From: Candidatus Actinomarinales bacterium | Lineage (GTDB): Bacteria > Actinomycetota > Acidimicrobiia > Actinomarinales > Actinomarinaceae | NCBI GenBank assembly: GCA_004213405.1 | Contig: SGYR01000003.1 | Location: 4,925 to 68,924 of the forward strand | Direction: 5' to 3' | Length of the DNA stretch: 64,000 nucleotides | Part shown: piece by piece, positions 8,080-18,646 of the stretch | Layout: every line of letters starts with the position of its first letter | Numbering within the stretch: the stretch's first letter is position 1 | Notes under the pieces: model-generated | What the model was told of the DNA's origin: nothing | Seen by the model: only the letters and a program-made list of their open reading frames with translations | Databases searched by the model: none | Translations under genes and position numbers: made by a program

Positions 8080-9818
8080 AAGTTGTAAAGCATTCGTTTG
8101 ATGGTGTAATTGTTGGAGCCGGTGGAGCAGGTCTAAGAGCAGCGATTGAAGCGGCCCCTCACATGAAACTCGCAGTAATTACAAAACTCTATCCTACAAG
8201 ATCTCATACTGGTGCTGCTCAAGGTGGTATGAGTGCTGCTTTAGCAAATGTAGAAGAAGACAATTGGAATTGGCATGCTTTTGACACTGTAAAGGGTTCT
8301 GATTACTTAGCAGATCAACCTGCAGTAGATATCCTCTGTAAAGAAGCGATAGATTCTGTTGTTGAGCTAGAGCATTGGGGATTGCCTTTTAGTAGATTAG
8401 AAAATGGAAAGATTGCACAAAGAAGATTTGGTGGACATACTGTAAAAGAAGGTGAGGCACCAGCTTTCAGAGCATGTTATGCTGCCGACAGAACCGGTCA
8501 TATGATTCTGCAAACTTTGTATCAAAAATGTGTGTCAATGGGTGTTACTTTTTTTGATGAGTTTCAAGTTCTGGATATAAAAATCGATGACGGCGTTTGT
8601 AAAGGTGTCATTGCTTATGAAATTGCAACAGGTGATATACATATTTTTGAAGCTAGAGCAGTAACTTTTGCAACAGGAGGGTTTGGGAAGATTTATAAAG
8701 TTAGCTCGAATGCGCATTCACTCACTGGTGATGGTCCTGGAATTTTATATCAAAAAGGAATACCTCTTGAAGATATGGAATTTTATCAATTCCACCCTAC
8801 TGGAATATATAGACTCGGAATATTGTTGTCTGAGGCTGCCCGTGGAGAAGGTGGTATTTTAAGGAATAAAGATGGCGAAAGGTTTATGGAGAGATATGCA
8901 CCATCAATCAAAGACCTAGCACCTAGGGATATGGTTTCTCGTGCAATCGCTACAGAAATTAGTGAAGGAAATGGTGCTGGACCAAATAATGATTTTGTAT
9001 ATTTAGATTTAACTCACCTTGGTGCTGAAACAATCAAGCAAAAACTGCCAGATATTACTGATTTTGTAAGAACTTACGTAAAAATTGAGCCTATTAATGA
9101 ACCTATTCCGGTGCAACCAACTGCACATTACGCTATGGGAGGTATTCCAACAGACGTTAATGCTAGAGTTTTAAGCGATGCTACTGGCACAGTCCTTCCA
9201 GGAGTTTATTCCGCTGGAGAATCAGCGTGTGTAAGTGTGCATGGAGCAAATAGACTAGGTACTAATTCACTCCTAGACATAGTAGTTTTTGGAAAGAGGG
9301 CAGGTCAAAGTATGGTTGACTATGTTTCATCAACTAAACCAATGCCACTATCTGATAATGCTGCAGAAGATCTAACTAATAAAATTGAAAACTTAATGGA
9401 AAAAGATCATAGCCTAGAATTTTCAGTTCCAAGAATTCGAGAAGAGTTACAAGACACTATGGAAGAAAACGCCAAAATATTTAGATCAGAAGAGAGTTTA
9501 GAAAAACAAACAAAAATACTATCCAATCTTCGTGATAGATATCAAAATGTAACTATTTCAGATAAAGGTAAAGTTTTTAATACAGAGCTCTTAGAAGCGA
9601 TTGAGCTTGAGTACTTACTAGACATGTCAGATACAACTGTTGCTAGCGCACTTCACAGAAAAGAAAGTAGAGGTGCACATTCAAGGGTCGATCATGTAGA
9701 GAGGGATGACAAAAATTGGCTTAAGCACTCGTTTGCATTTAAGAATGGAGATTCAGTTAAGCTAGAATATAAAGATGTTGAACTTGGAAACTATGAACCT
9801 AAGGAAAGAAAGTACTAA
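8076..9818 (+). CDS. sdhA: succinate dehydrogenase flavoprotein subunit
   Basis: 580 aa. FAD motif VIVGAGGAGLRAA, SHTGAAQGG covalent-FAD His region, HPTG, RGEGG. Confidence 0.97.
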   Translation: MKVVKHSFDGVIVGAGGAGLRAAIEAAPHMKLAVITKLYPTRSHTGAAQGGMSAALANVEEDNWNWHAFDTVKGSDYLADQPAVDILCKEAIDSVVELEHWGLPFSRLENGKIAQRRFGGHTVKEGEAPAFRACYAADRTGHMILQTLYQKCVSMGVTFFDEFQVLDIKIDDGVCKGVIAYEIATGDIHIFEARAVTFATGGFGKIYKVSSNAHSLTGDGPGILYQKGIPLEDMEFYQFHPTGIYRLGILLSEAARGEGGILRNKDGERFMERYAPSIKDLAPRDMVSRAIATEISEGNGAGPNNDFVYLDLTHLGAETIKQKLPDITDFVRTYVKIEPINEPIPVQPTAHYAMGGIPTDVNARVLSDATGTVLPGVYSAGESACVSVHGANRLGTNSLLDIVVFGKRAGQSMVDYVSSTKPMPLSDNAAEDLTNKIENLMEKDHSLEFSVPRIREELQDTMEENAKIFRSEESLEKQTKILSNLRDRYQNVTISDKGKVFNTELLEAIELEYLLDMSDTTVASALHRKESRGAHSRVDHVERDDKNWLKHSFAFKNGDSVKLEYKDVELGNYEPKERKY

Positions 9819-10513
9819 TGGATGTCAAAGTTAACATTTTAAGATATAACCCTGAGACAGATAGAAAAGGTCATTGGGAAGAATATATCCTCGAAGCTGA
9901 TCCTGATGAGAGAATATTAGATTTACTTCACAAAGTTAAATGGTTTGATGATGGAAGCTTAGCATTTAGAAGATCATGCGCTCACGGAGTTTGTGGATCC
10001 GATGCAATGGTTGTTAATGGGGAAAACATGCTAGCTTGTCAGGTTCTTGTTAAAGAAGTTAGTACACCAATTAAAATCGAACCTATCAGAGGCCTACCAG
10101 TCATAAAAGATTTAGTAGTAAATATGGATTCTTTTTTTGATTCTTATAAAAAAGTAATGCCTTATCTTGTAAATGATGATGAGCCTGGTGAGAGAGAAAG
10201 GCTGCAATCTCCTGAAGATCGAGACAGGTTTGAAGATACTACAAAATGTATTTTGTGTGCTGCTTGTACAACAAGCTGTCCTGTTTTCTGGACTGCTGAT
10301 ACATATGTGGGACCAGCAGCGATTGTAAATGCACACAGATTTGTATTTGATTCACGCGACAATGCTTCAAAACAAAGACTTGAAATTTTAAAAGATGTAG
10401 ATGGAGCATTTAGATGCAGAACCGCATTTAATTGTACTTCTGCATGTCCTCGTGGTATTCAGGTTACTAAAGCCATCGAAGATGTTAAAAGAGAAACCCT
10501 TACCATCAATTGA
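9818..10513 (+). CDS. sdhB: succinate dehydrogenase iron-sulfur subunit
   Basis: 231 aa. Cys clusters CAHGVCGSD, CILCAACTTSCP and CTSACP. Confidence 0.97.
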   Translation: MDVKVNILRYNPETDRKGHWEEYILEADPDERILDLLHKVKWFDDGSLAFRRSCAHGVCGSDAMVVNGENMLACQVLVKEVSTPIKIEPIRGLPVIKDLVVNMDSFFDSYKKVMPYLVNDDEPGERERLQSPEDRDRFEDTTKCILCAACTTSCPVFWTADTYVGPAAIVNAHRFVFDSRDNASKQRLEILKDVDGAFRCRTAFNCTSACPRGIQVTKAIEDVKRETLTIN

Positions 10514-10785
10514 TTGAAGATATCCTTAAACAATTCAAAAGTAATCTGACAGATAAAAATATTGATCTAAGTTCCATTTATTTTGAAATTACAGATATTG
10601 ATAAAACATTTAACCTCGATAGTTGTGTCCAAATAAATTCATCAATTGAAGATGGAAAATTTTTAAAATTTAAAATCTCTACAGAAAACTTATTATTAAT
10701 TGTTAAAGGAAAAAAACATCCAGAAGATCTTCTTTTTAATGAAAAAGTAAAGATTTCTGGGGATATAAGTATTCTTGCTCCATAA
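10510..10785 (+). CDS. SCP2 (sterol-carrier-protein-2-like) domain protein
   Basis: 91 aa. The C-terminal pattern LLLIVKGKKHPEDLLFNEKVKISGDISIL matches the SCP2 G-x-l-p...G-k-l-k-i-x-G-D motif. TTGA overlap with the sdhB stop. Confidence 0.6.
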   Translation: MIEDILKQFKSNLTDKNIDLSSIYFEITDIDKTFNLDSCVQINSSIEDGKFLKFKISTENLLLIVKGKKHPEDLLFNEKVKISGDISILAP

Positions 10786-10789
10786 AAAG

Positions 10790-10813
10790 AAAAGACGACT
10801 TTCGTCGTCTTTT
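10790..10813. terminator. bidirectional intrinsic terminator between the sdh operon and hup
   Basis: AAAAGACGAC-TTTC-GTCGTCTTTT, a perfect 10-bp stem flanked by A and T runs, between convergent genes. Confidence 0.8.
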
Positions 10814-10832
10814 CAAATTTGATTAAAGTGCT

Positions 10833-11105
10833 TTAGTTTAAAGCGTCTTTTAATCCTTTTGCAGCTTTAAAAGCTGGTGCATTCTTCGCAGCAATTTGGA
10901 TTGTTTCTCCTGTTGCTGGATTCCTGCCTTGTCTTGCAGCCCTGTATCTTGACTCAAAAGTACCAAAACCAGCAATACTTACTTTATCACCATTTTTCAT
11001 ACCATTTGTTACGCCATCGAACACGGCTTCTACAGCTTTTTTAGCATCTGATTGTGACAACCCTACTTCTGCTGCAACAACGCTGGCTAATTGATCTTTA
11101 TTCAT
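10833..11105 (-). CDS. hup: HU-family DNA-binding protein
   Basis: 90 aa. GFGTFESRYRAARQGRNPATGETIQI arm motif. Confidence 0.95.
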   Translation of the reverse strand: MNKDQLASVVAAEVGLSQSDAKKAVEAVFDGVTNGMKNGDKVSIAGFGTFESRYRAARQGRNPATGETIQIAAKNAPAFKAAKGLKDALN

Positions 11106-11224
11106 AGCTGTTTAGCCTTTCTATTTTGAGTTTTTGTAAAACTCCTTATCAATAAGTATAGTTTTTTTTAATGATTTGTCTTAAAATCCCAAATTTATTG
11201 ACTTTTTTATAAAAAAGACTGAAT

Positions 11225-12163
11225 TTATTGACTGAATATGCTATTAAGCTCTTGTACTTTTGCTTTAACAGCCTCTGAAGCGCCTTTTAACGCGTTTAGT
11301 TCACTTTCAACAAGGTCAATTTCAACGACCTCGGTAACACCATTTGCTCCAAGCTTTGTTGGAACTCCTAAAAATACATCATTTATTCCAAATTCTCCGT
11401 CTACCCAAGAGCATGCAGGCATTACTTCATTGGAATCTGAAACAATTGACTTAACCATTGCTGCTGCAGCAGACGAAGGTGCAAAATATGCACTTCCAGT
11501 TTTAAGTAATCCAACAATTTCAGCACCTCCATCAGAAGTCTTTTGGACTAATTCTGAAATCTCATCATTACCAAGTAGTTCATTAAGAGGTTTTCCTGCA
11601 ACTCTGCACTGTGAAGGAACTGGAACCATTGTTTCTCCATGACTTCCAAGTGTTAATGCCTCTATTTCATTCATGTTTACATTTAATTTTTCAGAAATAA
11701 AGTATGCAAATCGAGAAGAGTCTAAAACTCCTGCTTGTCCAATTACTTTGTTTTTAGGTAACCCAGAAACTTGAGAAACTAGAGTTGTCATTTGATCTAG
11801 TGGATTTGTAACAACAATTATGATTGGTGATTTAGAATAATTAAGAATATTTTTTGTAACATCACTGACTATGTTTGCATTAACTTCAAGTAAATCCATT
11901 CTGGTCATACCTGGTTTTCTTGGTAAGCCCGCGGTAATTACAACAACATCGCTGTCAGCAGTATCTTCATAATCATTAGTTCCAATTATTTTGCTAGAAA
12001 AATTTTCTACATATCTTGATTGGTTCATATCTAATGCTAATCCTTGTGGAAGGCCATCAACAATGTCAGTCATCACAACTGAATCAACAAGATCATACTC
12101 AGCAACCCTAAGTGCAGTCATGGAACCGTATTTTCCAGCACCAACAACAGTTACTTTTTTCAT
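11225..12163 (-). CDS. mdh: malate dehydrogenase (LDH-like type)
   Basis: 312 aa. NAD motif VTVVGAGKYGS, ITAGLPRKPGMTRMDL. Confidence 0.93.
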   Translation of the reverse strand: MKKVTVVGAGKYGSMTALRVAEYDLVDSVVMTDIVDGLPQGLALDMNQSRYVENFSSKIIGTNDYEDTADSDVVVITAGLPRKPGMTRMDLLEVNANIVSDVTKNILNYSKSPIIIVVTNPLDQMTTLVSQVSGLPKNKVIGQAGVLDSSRFAYFISEKLNVNMNEIEALTLGSHGETMVPVPSQCRVAGKPLNELLGNDEISELVQKTSDGGAEIVGLLKTGSAYFAPSSAAAAMVKSIVSDSNEVMPACSWVDGEFGINDVFLGVPTKLGANGVTEVVEIDLVESELNALKGASEAVKAKVQELNSIFSQ

Positions 12164-12164
12164 A

Positions 12165-13400
12165 TTAAAAACTTTCTATGTTTTCAACGAGACTTGCAGC
12201 AAAATCAGATGATGATAGTGTAGTGGCATTTTTTCGACCTCTAGCAAGATCGTATGTCACATTTCCTTCACTAATTGATTTCTCCATCGCTTTAATGATG
12301 AGATCTGAAGCTTCATTCCACCCCATGTATCTAAACATCATTTCTCCAGACAATATCAATGAACCAGGATTTGCTTTATCTTGACCAGCATGTTTTGGTG
12401 CTGTTCCATGAGTAGCTTCAAAAACTGATTTACCATTTTCATAATTAATGTTTCCTCCAGGACTGATACCAATTCCGCCAATCTGGGCAGCTAATGCATC
12501 TGATGCGTAATCGCCGTTTAAGTTTGTTGTAGCTATAACATCAAATTCCTGAGGTTTAATTAATATTTGCTGCAAGAAGGCGTCTGCAATAACATCTTGT
12601 ACTAAAATCTTATCTCCAGCATCGCCATTACAATCATCCCATGAAACAGCTATATCAGAAAATTCATTTTTGACTAATTCGTATCCCCAGGCTCTAAATG
12701 CTCCTTCTGTAAATTTCATAATGTTTCCTTTATGAACAATGGCCAGATTTTTTTTGTTATTTTCAACAGCATAATTTAATGCAGATCGAATTAGTCTTTC
12801 GGAGGCAGTTTTTAATATTGGTTTTATCCCAATTCCACTATCACTTCTAATTTCCCAATTGAATTCTTCTTTAAGAAATTTATTTAATTTAACAACATCA
12901 TCTGAGTTCATTTCTAACTCTTTCCCTGAATAGACATCTTCAGTATTTTCACGAAATAATGCGATGTCTACATTTCCTGGATTCTTTGTTGGTGTCTCAA
13001 CCCCTTCAAACCATCTAAGAGGTCTCAAACATGCGTATAAATCTAATTTTTGCCTAATTGCAACGTTGATTGACCTAATTCCTCCTCCAACTGGCGTTGT
13101 AAGGGGTCCTTTGATACCAATTCCAAATTCATCAAACATTTCTATTGTCTTTTCTGGTAACCATTCACTTGTATTATCAAATGCTTTTTGACCAGCTAAT
13201 ACTTCTTGCCATTCAATCTTTCTTTCGTTTGAATAAGCTTTTTCAACAGCAGCATCGAAAACTCTCTGTGAAGCAGGCCAAATATCTATGCCTATACCAT
13301 CTCCTTCAATAAAAGGTATAACGGGTTTATCTGTATCGAATGAGTCTCTGGTTTTTTGAATTGCTAATTCTAAATCTTTTCTGTTTAAATTTTCATTCAT
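12165..13400 (-). CDS. icd: NADP-dependent isocitrate dehydrogenase
   Basis: 411 aa. [32 protein letters not shown] and [17 protein letters not shown] motifs. Confidence 0.95.
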   Translation of the reverse strand: MNENLNRKDLELAIQKTRDSFDTDKPVIPFIEGDGIGIDIWPASQRVFDAAVEKAYSNERKIEWQEVLAGQKAFDNTSEWLPEKTIEMFDEFGIGIKGPLTTPVGGGIRSINVAIRQKLDLYACLRPLRWFEGVETPTKNPGNVDIALFRENTEDVYSGKELEMNSDDVVKLNKFLKEEFNWEIRSDSGIGIKPILKTASERLIRSALNYAVENNKKNLAIVHKGNIMKFTEGAFRAWGYELVKNEFSDIAVSWDDCNGDAGDKILVQDVIADAFLQQILIKPQEFDVIATTNLNGDYASDALAAQIGGIGISPGGNINYENGKSVFEATHGTAPKHAGQDKANPGSLILSGEMMFRYMGWNEASDLIIKAMEKSISEGNVTYDLARGRKNATTLSSSDFAASLVENIESF

Positions 13401-14266
13401 ACAACATCCATAATGGCCTGACCGATTCTTGTTGGATTTTCAACGACATTTGCACCAGCATCAGTCAGTGCTTCAATTTTAGCACTAGCCGTACCTTTGT
13501 TTCCAGAAACAATTGCTCCTGCATGGCCCATTTTTTTTCCTGGTGGAGCTGTGAGTCCAGCAATGTAAGAAACAACAGGTTTAGTTACATTCTTCTTAAT
13601 AAACTCTGCTGCTTCCTCTTCAGCACTTCCACCTATTTCACCAATCATAACAATAGCTTCAGTCTGTGAATCGTTTTGAAAAGCATCAAGTACATCTATA
13701 AAAGATGTGCCTGGAACTGGGTCTCCTCCAATGCCAATACAAGTTGATTGGCCTATGTTTAAATTTGTTAATTCAAGAACTGCTTGATAAGTTAAAGTTC
13801 CAGACCTAGATACAACACCAACATTTCCTTCCATGGTAATTTCATGTGGCATAATTCCAACATTAGATTTACCTGGAGAAATTAATCCAGGGCAATTTGG
13901 ACCGAGTAATCTTGAAGATGTTTTTTCTTTTAAGAGGTCATACATCTCTGCTTCATCTTTAGCAGGGATTCCTTCAGTAATACATACTATTAAATCACAC
14001 CCAGCATACGCAGCTTCTATAACTGCATCTTTTGCAAATGGTGGTGGGACAAATGTCATAGCTGTATTTGCTCCCGTTGCTTCTACAGCTTCTTCAACTG
14101 TATTAAAAATTGGAATTCCCTCTACAGATTCTCCGCCCTTACCAGGTCTAGTGCCCGCAACAACTTTTGTACCGTAATCCCTATTTCTCAATGCATGAAA
14201 TTTTCCCTGTTCTCCAGTAAGTCCTTGAACTACAACTTTTGTTTTATTATCAATAAAGATAGACAT
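13397..14266 (-). CDS. sucD: succinyl-CoA synthetase alpha subunit
   Basis: 289 aa. [28 protein letters not shown] (catalytic His). Confidence 0.97.
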   Translation of the reverse strand: MSIFIDNKTKVVVQGLTGEQGKFHALRNRDYGTKVVAGTRPGKGGESVEGIPIFNTVEEAVEATGANTAMTFVPPPFAKDAVIEAAYAGCDLIVCITEGIPAKDEAEMYDLLKEKTSSRLLGPNCPGLISPGKSNVGIMPHEITMEGNVGVVSRSGTLTYQAVLELTNLNIGQSTCIGIGGDPVPGTSFIDVLDAFQNDSQTEAIVMIGEIGGSAEEEAAEFIKKNVTKPVVSYIAGLTAPPGKKMGHAGAIVSGNKGTASAKIEALTDAGANVVENPTRIGQAIMDVV

Positions 14267-15399
14267 TAAATTGCTCCTTCAACTGCTAACTTAGCTGCTT
14301 CATCCATAGAGCTAGAAATTGTAATTTTTTCATTTGTATTTTGTTCCAAAATAGATAATCCTTCTTTTGAATTAGTTCCATCAAGCCTTACAATTATCGG
14401 CCATTTAAGTTCTTTACCTTTAGTGGCTTCAACTATGCCATTGGCTACAAGGTCGCACCTTGTAATTCCACCAAAGATATTAATTAGTACACTTTTAACA
14501 TTATCTTCTGATTCCAATACTTCTAGTGCTGCTGTAACAGTCTCTGCTTTTGCGCCACCGCCTATATCTAAAAAGTTTGCTGCCATTCCACCATGTTCAG
14601 ATACTACATCAAGCGTGGACATCACTAATCCAGCACCATTACCAATAATTCCAACACTCCCCTCAAGCTTTATAAAATTAAGGTTTTTTTCTTTGGCAAA
14701 TTGCTCAGAAACTGGAATAGGTATTTCATTTTCGAAATCTTTAAAATTTTCGTGTCTATAAATAGCATTCATATCTAGTGAAACTTTTGAATCTAAAGCA
14801 GAAACTCCGTTATCTGTAATTGCTAGTGGGTTAACCTCAACTAAATCACAATCACCTTCTACAAATAATTTGTATAAGTTTGAAATAACATCCCTTAATT
14901 CAGATTTATAACTTTCATTGAGTTTTGCATCCTCTATTGACTTAATGATTGTTTCCGAATCTAACCCTTTGGATGGAGAAATATGAAGCATTATTAAGTC
15001 GTCTGGGTTCTTTTCTGCTACTTCTTCAATATCCATACCTCCTTTTGCACTGAGCATCATTAAGTAGGATTTTGCTGATCTATCAAGTGTGAAAGAAATA
15101 TAATACTCTTCTAATATATTTGAAGCCTCTTCTAATAAAAGACTCTCTACAATATGGCCTTTGATATCCATTCCTAAAATTTCACCTGAAAATTTAGTAA
15201 GTTCATCAAAATCTTTTGCGACTTTGATACCTCCAGCTTTACCTCTTCCTCCTACTTGAACTTGAGCCTTTACTACAACGGGATATGTTAGTCCATGATT
15301 ATCAGAAATTTCAGATGTACTAGATACAAATATAGATTTGGGTGTTGGAATAGAAAAGTCTTGATAAAGTCTTTTACCTTGGTATTCAAAAAGATTCAT
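14266..15399 (-). CDS. sucC: succinyl-CoA synthetase beta subunit
   Basis: 377 aa. [37 protein letters not shown]. Confidence 0.97.
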   Translation of the reverse strand: MNLFEYQGKRLYQDFSIPTPKSIFVSSTSEISDNHGLTYPVVVKAQVQVGGRGKAGGIKVAKDFDELTKFSGEILGMDIKGHIVESLLLEEASNILEEYYISFTLDRSAKSYLMMLSAKGGMDIEEVAEKNPDDLIMLHISPSKGLDSETIIKSIEDAKLNESYKSELRDVISNLYKLFVEGDCDLVEVNPLAITDNGVSALDSKVSLDMNAIYRHENFKDFENEIPIPVSEQFAKEKNLNFIKLEGSVGIIGNGAGLVMSTLDVVSEHGGMAANFLDIGGGAKAETVTAALEVLESEDNVKSVLINIFGGITRCDLVANGIVEATKGKELKWPIIVRLDGTNSKEGLSILEQNTNEKITISSSMDEAAKLAVEGAI

Positions 15400-15451
15400 A
15401 ATGTTATAACAAGAATATAGATTACAAAAAAATAAGATTTATGCTGTGTGT

Positions 15452-17593
15452 TTATAGAAATTTTATTGGAGCCCATTCTATGTCCAAATATTTAGTCCCT
15501 ATATCGTCTGAAAATTCAACAGTGATCTCATTTCCTTGAACTTCCTTTATTACCCCTTCTCCGTATTTTTCATGAAGAATTTTTTGTCCAACTGATGACA
15601 TATTATTTTTCTCATTTGACTCTTGAAATTCTGGAGAAAAATCTTTAGTTTCAAAATGTTCTGATCCTTCATCTAAAAATCTACTTGGTAAATTGTATGT
15701 TGTACCACCCCACAGAGTTCTAGACCAAGCATGGGATAGGTAAAGCTTTTTTTCTGCTCTAGTTACACCAACATAACAAAGTCTTCTCTCTTCTTCAATT
15801 TCAGATTGATCACCCTGTGAGCTTCTCTCGTGTGGAAATAAATTTTCTTCCATTCCAGTTATAAATACGTAAGGAAACTCTAAACCTTTAGCATTGTGTA
15901 AAGTCATTAATAAAACTTTATCTGAATCTTTAAGCTCATCAGTTTCTGAAAAAAGCGCTATGGATTCAAGATAATCTCTCAATTTTGCATAGGGTTCATC
16001 AATCTCCTCTTCATAAAGATTTTCAAAATTATAAGCAGAATTTAATAACTCCTCTATATTTTCAAGTCTCATTTGTGATTCCATTGTTCCTTCTTTAATG
16101 AGATTCATTTTATAGCCAGTTAAGTCGATAATTTTTTCGATAGATTTTGATGGTCCTTCCAATGAAAATGTTTTTAAATCTAAAATTAAATTTTTGAATT
16201 CAATCAATTTATTTTTTATTCTTGGAGATATATTCTCAACCTGTTCAATGTTTTGCAACAATTCGAATATCGACATTTCATTTTTGTCGATATGATCTCG
16301 TAGCTTCTTAACACTTGACTCACCAATTCCTCTTTTTGGAACATTGACAATCCTTTCAAAAGACACTACATCATTTTCATTTACTAGAAATTTCAAATAA
16401 GAAATTATATCTTTTATCTCTTTTCTGTCATAAAACCTAACGCTACCAATTAGTTTGTGATTTATATTTAATTTTCTTAATTCTTCTTCAAATAATCTCG
16501 ATTGACTATTTGTTCTGTAGAAAATTGCAACTTCTGCTTCTTTATCATTTTTAATAATTTCCTTAACTTCTTCAGCTACCCACCTGGATTCATCTTTTTC
16601 AGATCTAAATCTCAAAGAACTTATTTCAAGACCATCTTCATTATCGGTCCAAAGATTTTTTTTAATTTTTCTTGGATTATTTGAAATAATTGTGTTTGCT
16701 AAATCTAATATTTTTTTTGTAGATCTGTAATTTTTATCGAGTTGAATTATCTTGGCATTTTTAAAATCTTTTTCAAACTCAATAATATTCCTTATATCTG
16801 CACCTCTAAATGCATAAATACTTTGATCAGAATCACCAACAACACATACATTTTGGTTATTTGAACTCAATAACTCAACAAGCTTATATTGAACATAATT
16901 TGTATCTTGATATTCATCTACCATGACAAATTGAAATTTATTTGACCAATAATGAAGTATCTGATCATTTGTTTGTAAAAGTTCTACAGTTTTGATCAAT
17001 AAATCATCAAAATCCATGGAGTTAGCTAAAATTAATTTCTTTTCATAGCTCGAAAATATTTCTGCAACTTTGACCTCAAAAAATGATTCTGCGTTTTGCA
17101 ATGCCTCTCCTGGTGAAATCATATTATTTTTTAAATTTGAAATATGAGCTTGAAATCTTTTTGGTGAGTACTGTTTTAAATCAACATTATTTTCTGACAT
17201 GCAGTTTCTTACTACTTTGTTTGAATCTGATTGATCATAAATTGAAAAATTATTTCTATAACCAATTTTATCACCATGAATTCTAAGAATTTTTACACAC
17301 AAGCTATGAAAAGTAGAGATCCATTTAGGAGATATTTTTAAGTTCAATAAATTACCAATACGTAATTTCATTTCCTCAGCGGCTTTGTTGGTAAATGTAA
17401 TGGCTAAAATCTGCTCTATATCAACTTTGTGCTGTTCAACCAAATGAGCATATCTATGTGTTAATACTCTTGTTTTACCAGATCCTGCTCCAGCCATAAT
17501 TAAGACGGGACCATTGATAGTAGTTACAGCTTCAATCTGACTTTCATTTAAAATATTTTTCCAGGCTTCAGGAATTTGAGGATCTGACGACAT
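15452..17593 (-). CDS. pcrA: ATP-dependent DNA helicase PcrA/UvrD
   Basis: 713 aa. Helicase motifs AGAGSGKTRVLT, VDEYQDTN, NYRST, TLHNAKGLEF, VGVTRA. Confidence 0.93.
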   Translation of the reverse strand: MSSDPQIPEAWKNILNESQIEAVTTINGPVLIMAGAGSGKTRVLTHRYAHLVEQHKVDIEQILAITFTNKAAEEMKLRIGNLLNLKISPKWISTFHSLCVKILRIHGDKIGYRNNFSIYDQSDSNKVVRNCMSENNVDLKQYSPKRFQAHISNLKNNMISPGEALQNAESFFEVKVAEIFSSYEKKLILANSMDFDDLLIKTVELLQTNDQILHYWSNKFQFVMVDEYQDTNYVQYKLVELLSSNNQNVCVVGDSDQSIYAFRGADIRNIIEFEKDFKNAKIIQLDKNYRSTKKILDLANTIISNNPRKIKKNLWTDNEDGLEISSLRFRSEKDESRWVAEEVKEIIKNDKEAEVAIFYRTNSQSRLFEEELRKLNINHKLIGSVRFYDRKEIKDIISYLKFLVNENDVVSFERIVNVPKRGIGESSVKKLRDHIDKNEMSIFELLQNIEQVENISPRIKNKLIEFKNLILDLKTFSLEGPSKSIEKIIDLTGYKMNLIKEGTMESQMRLENIEELLNSAYNFENLYEEEIDEPYAKLRDYLESIALFSETDELKDSDKVLLMTLHNAKGLEFPYVFITGMEENLFPHERSSQGDQSEIEEERRLCYVGVTRAEKKLYLSHAWSRTLWGGTTYNLPSRFLDEGSEHFETKDFSPEFQESNEKNNMSSVGQKILHEKYGEGVIKEVQGNEITVEFSDDIGTKYLDIEWAPIKFL

Positions 17594-17630
17594 TAAAGAA
17601 AAGACACTACTTGCAAGAATGGAAATATCT

Positions 17631-18605
17631 TCAACTTATACCTAAAGCTTCTTCAACTTCAATAATTGTTTTTTGAGCAGAATCTTTTGCTGATTTTAAA
17701 TTTGATACAACAATATCCTCTAAATTATCACTGGTTAAGTCATCAAAATTCTTTTTTATTGGGTCAAGATAGTCAATTACTGTTTCAGCAACAGCTATTT
17801 TAAATTCCCCATATTGAGAATTTTCAAATTCTTTTTCTGTATCAGATATTTCTTTATCATTAACTGCAGCATAAATTTCAATCAAATTACTAATACCTGG
17901 TTTATTTTTAGGATTGTGCCTAACAATGTTTTCAGAATCAGTAACTGAAGATTTAAATTTTTTTAATATGTTGTCTTTTTCATCATTAAAGTAAATAGTT
18001 CCATTTATATCATCTGAGCTTTTAGACATTTTATTTTCTGGATGTCTTAGAGACATCAAACGAGCACCTGATTTTCCACTTGTTTTTTCAGGGATTGGAA
18101 ATATTGCACCATAGTTTGTATTAAAACGCTCTGCTATATTTCTAGTCAATTCAAGGTGTTGAGTTTGATCATCTCCTACTGGAACTTCATTAGCTTTGTG
18201 TATTAAAATATCTGAAGCCATCAAGATAGGATATGTCAATAAACCTGAATGTGTACCAAAAGAAGAGGCTTTTTCCTTAAACTGTGTCATTCGTTGTAGC
18301 TCTCCTACTTGGCAGAAATTAGACAGTATCCAAGAAAGATAAGCGTGTTCCTGAAGATTACTTTGTGTATATATGACCGAAGTTTTAGTATTAATTCCGG
18401 AAGCTACAAGTACTTTTAAAGTATCATTTATACTTTTTTTAAGATCATTCTTATTTGGCAGTCCTGTTAATGAATGTAGGTCAACTATACAAAAGTAATT
18501 TTTACTGTTTTCATTTGATAGCTTAACCCAATTATTAATTGCACCAAGTAAATTGCCTAGATGCACTAAGCCACTTGGTTGTATACCAGAAAAAACTGTT
18601 TTCAT
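17631..18605 (-). CDS. trpS: tryptophan--tRNA ligase
   Basis: 324 aa. Class I motifs (HLGN variant of HIGH, KMSKS). Confidence 0.95.
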   Translation of the reverse strand: MKTVFSGIQPSGLVHLGNLLGAINNWVKLSNENSKNYFCIVDLHSLTGLPNKNDLKKSINDTLKVLVASGINTKTSVIYTQSNLQEHAYLSWILSNFCQVGELQRMTQFKEKASSFGTHSGLLTYPILMASDILIHKANEVPVGDDQTQHLELTRNIAERFNTNYGAIFPIPEKTSGKSGARLMSLRHPENKMSKSSDDINGTIYFNDEKDNILKKFKSSVTDSENIVRHNPKNKPGISNLIEIYAAVNDKEISDTEKEFENSQYGEFKIAVAETVIDYLDPIKKNFDDLTSDNLEDIVVSNLKSAKDSAQKTIIEVEEALGIS

Positions 18606-18646
18606 ATCTGCTATTCTAATAAACTAAATCAAATTGGAGAGTTTTT

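Noticed and set aside
11199-11222. Palindrome CTTTTTT-AT-AAAAAAG after mdh as an intrinsic terminator
   Set aside because: The stem is entirely A-U with a 2-4-nt loop and is not extended by the flanking bases. It is not a credible stable hairpin.
18606-18646. Possible T-box leader upstream of trpS
   Set aside because: Only about 40 nt of non-coding sequence is available before the divergent EamA gene. That is far too short for a T-box, and no specifier or terminator structure is present.
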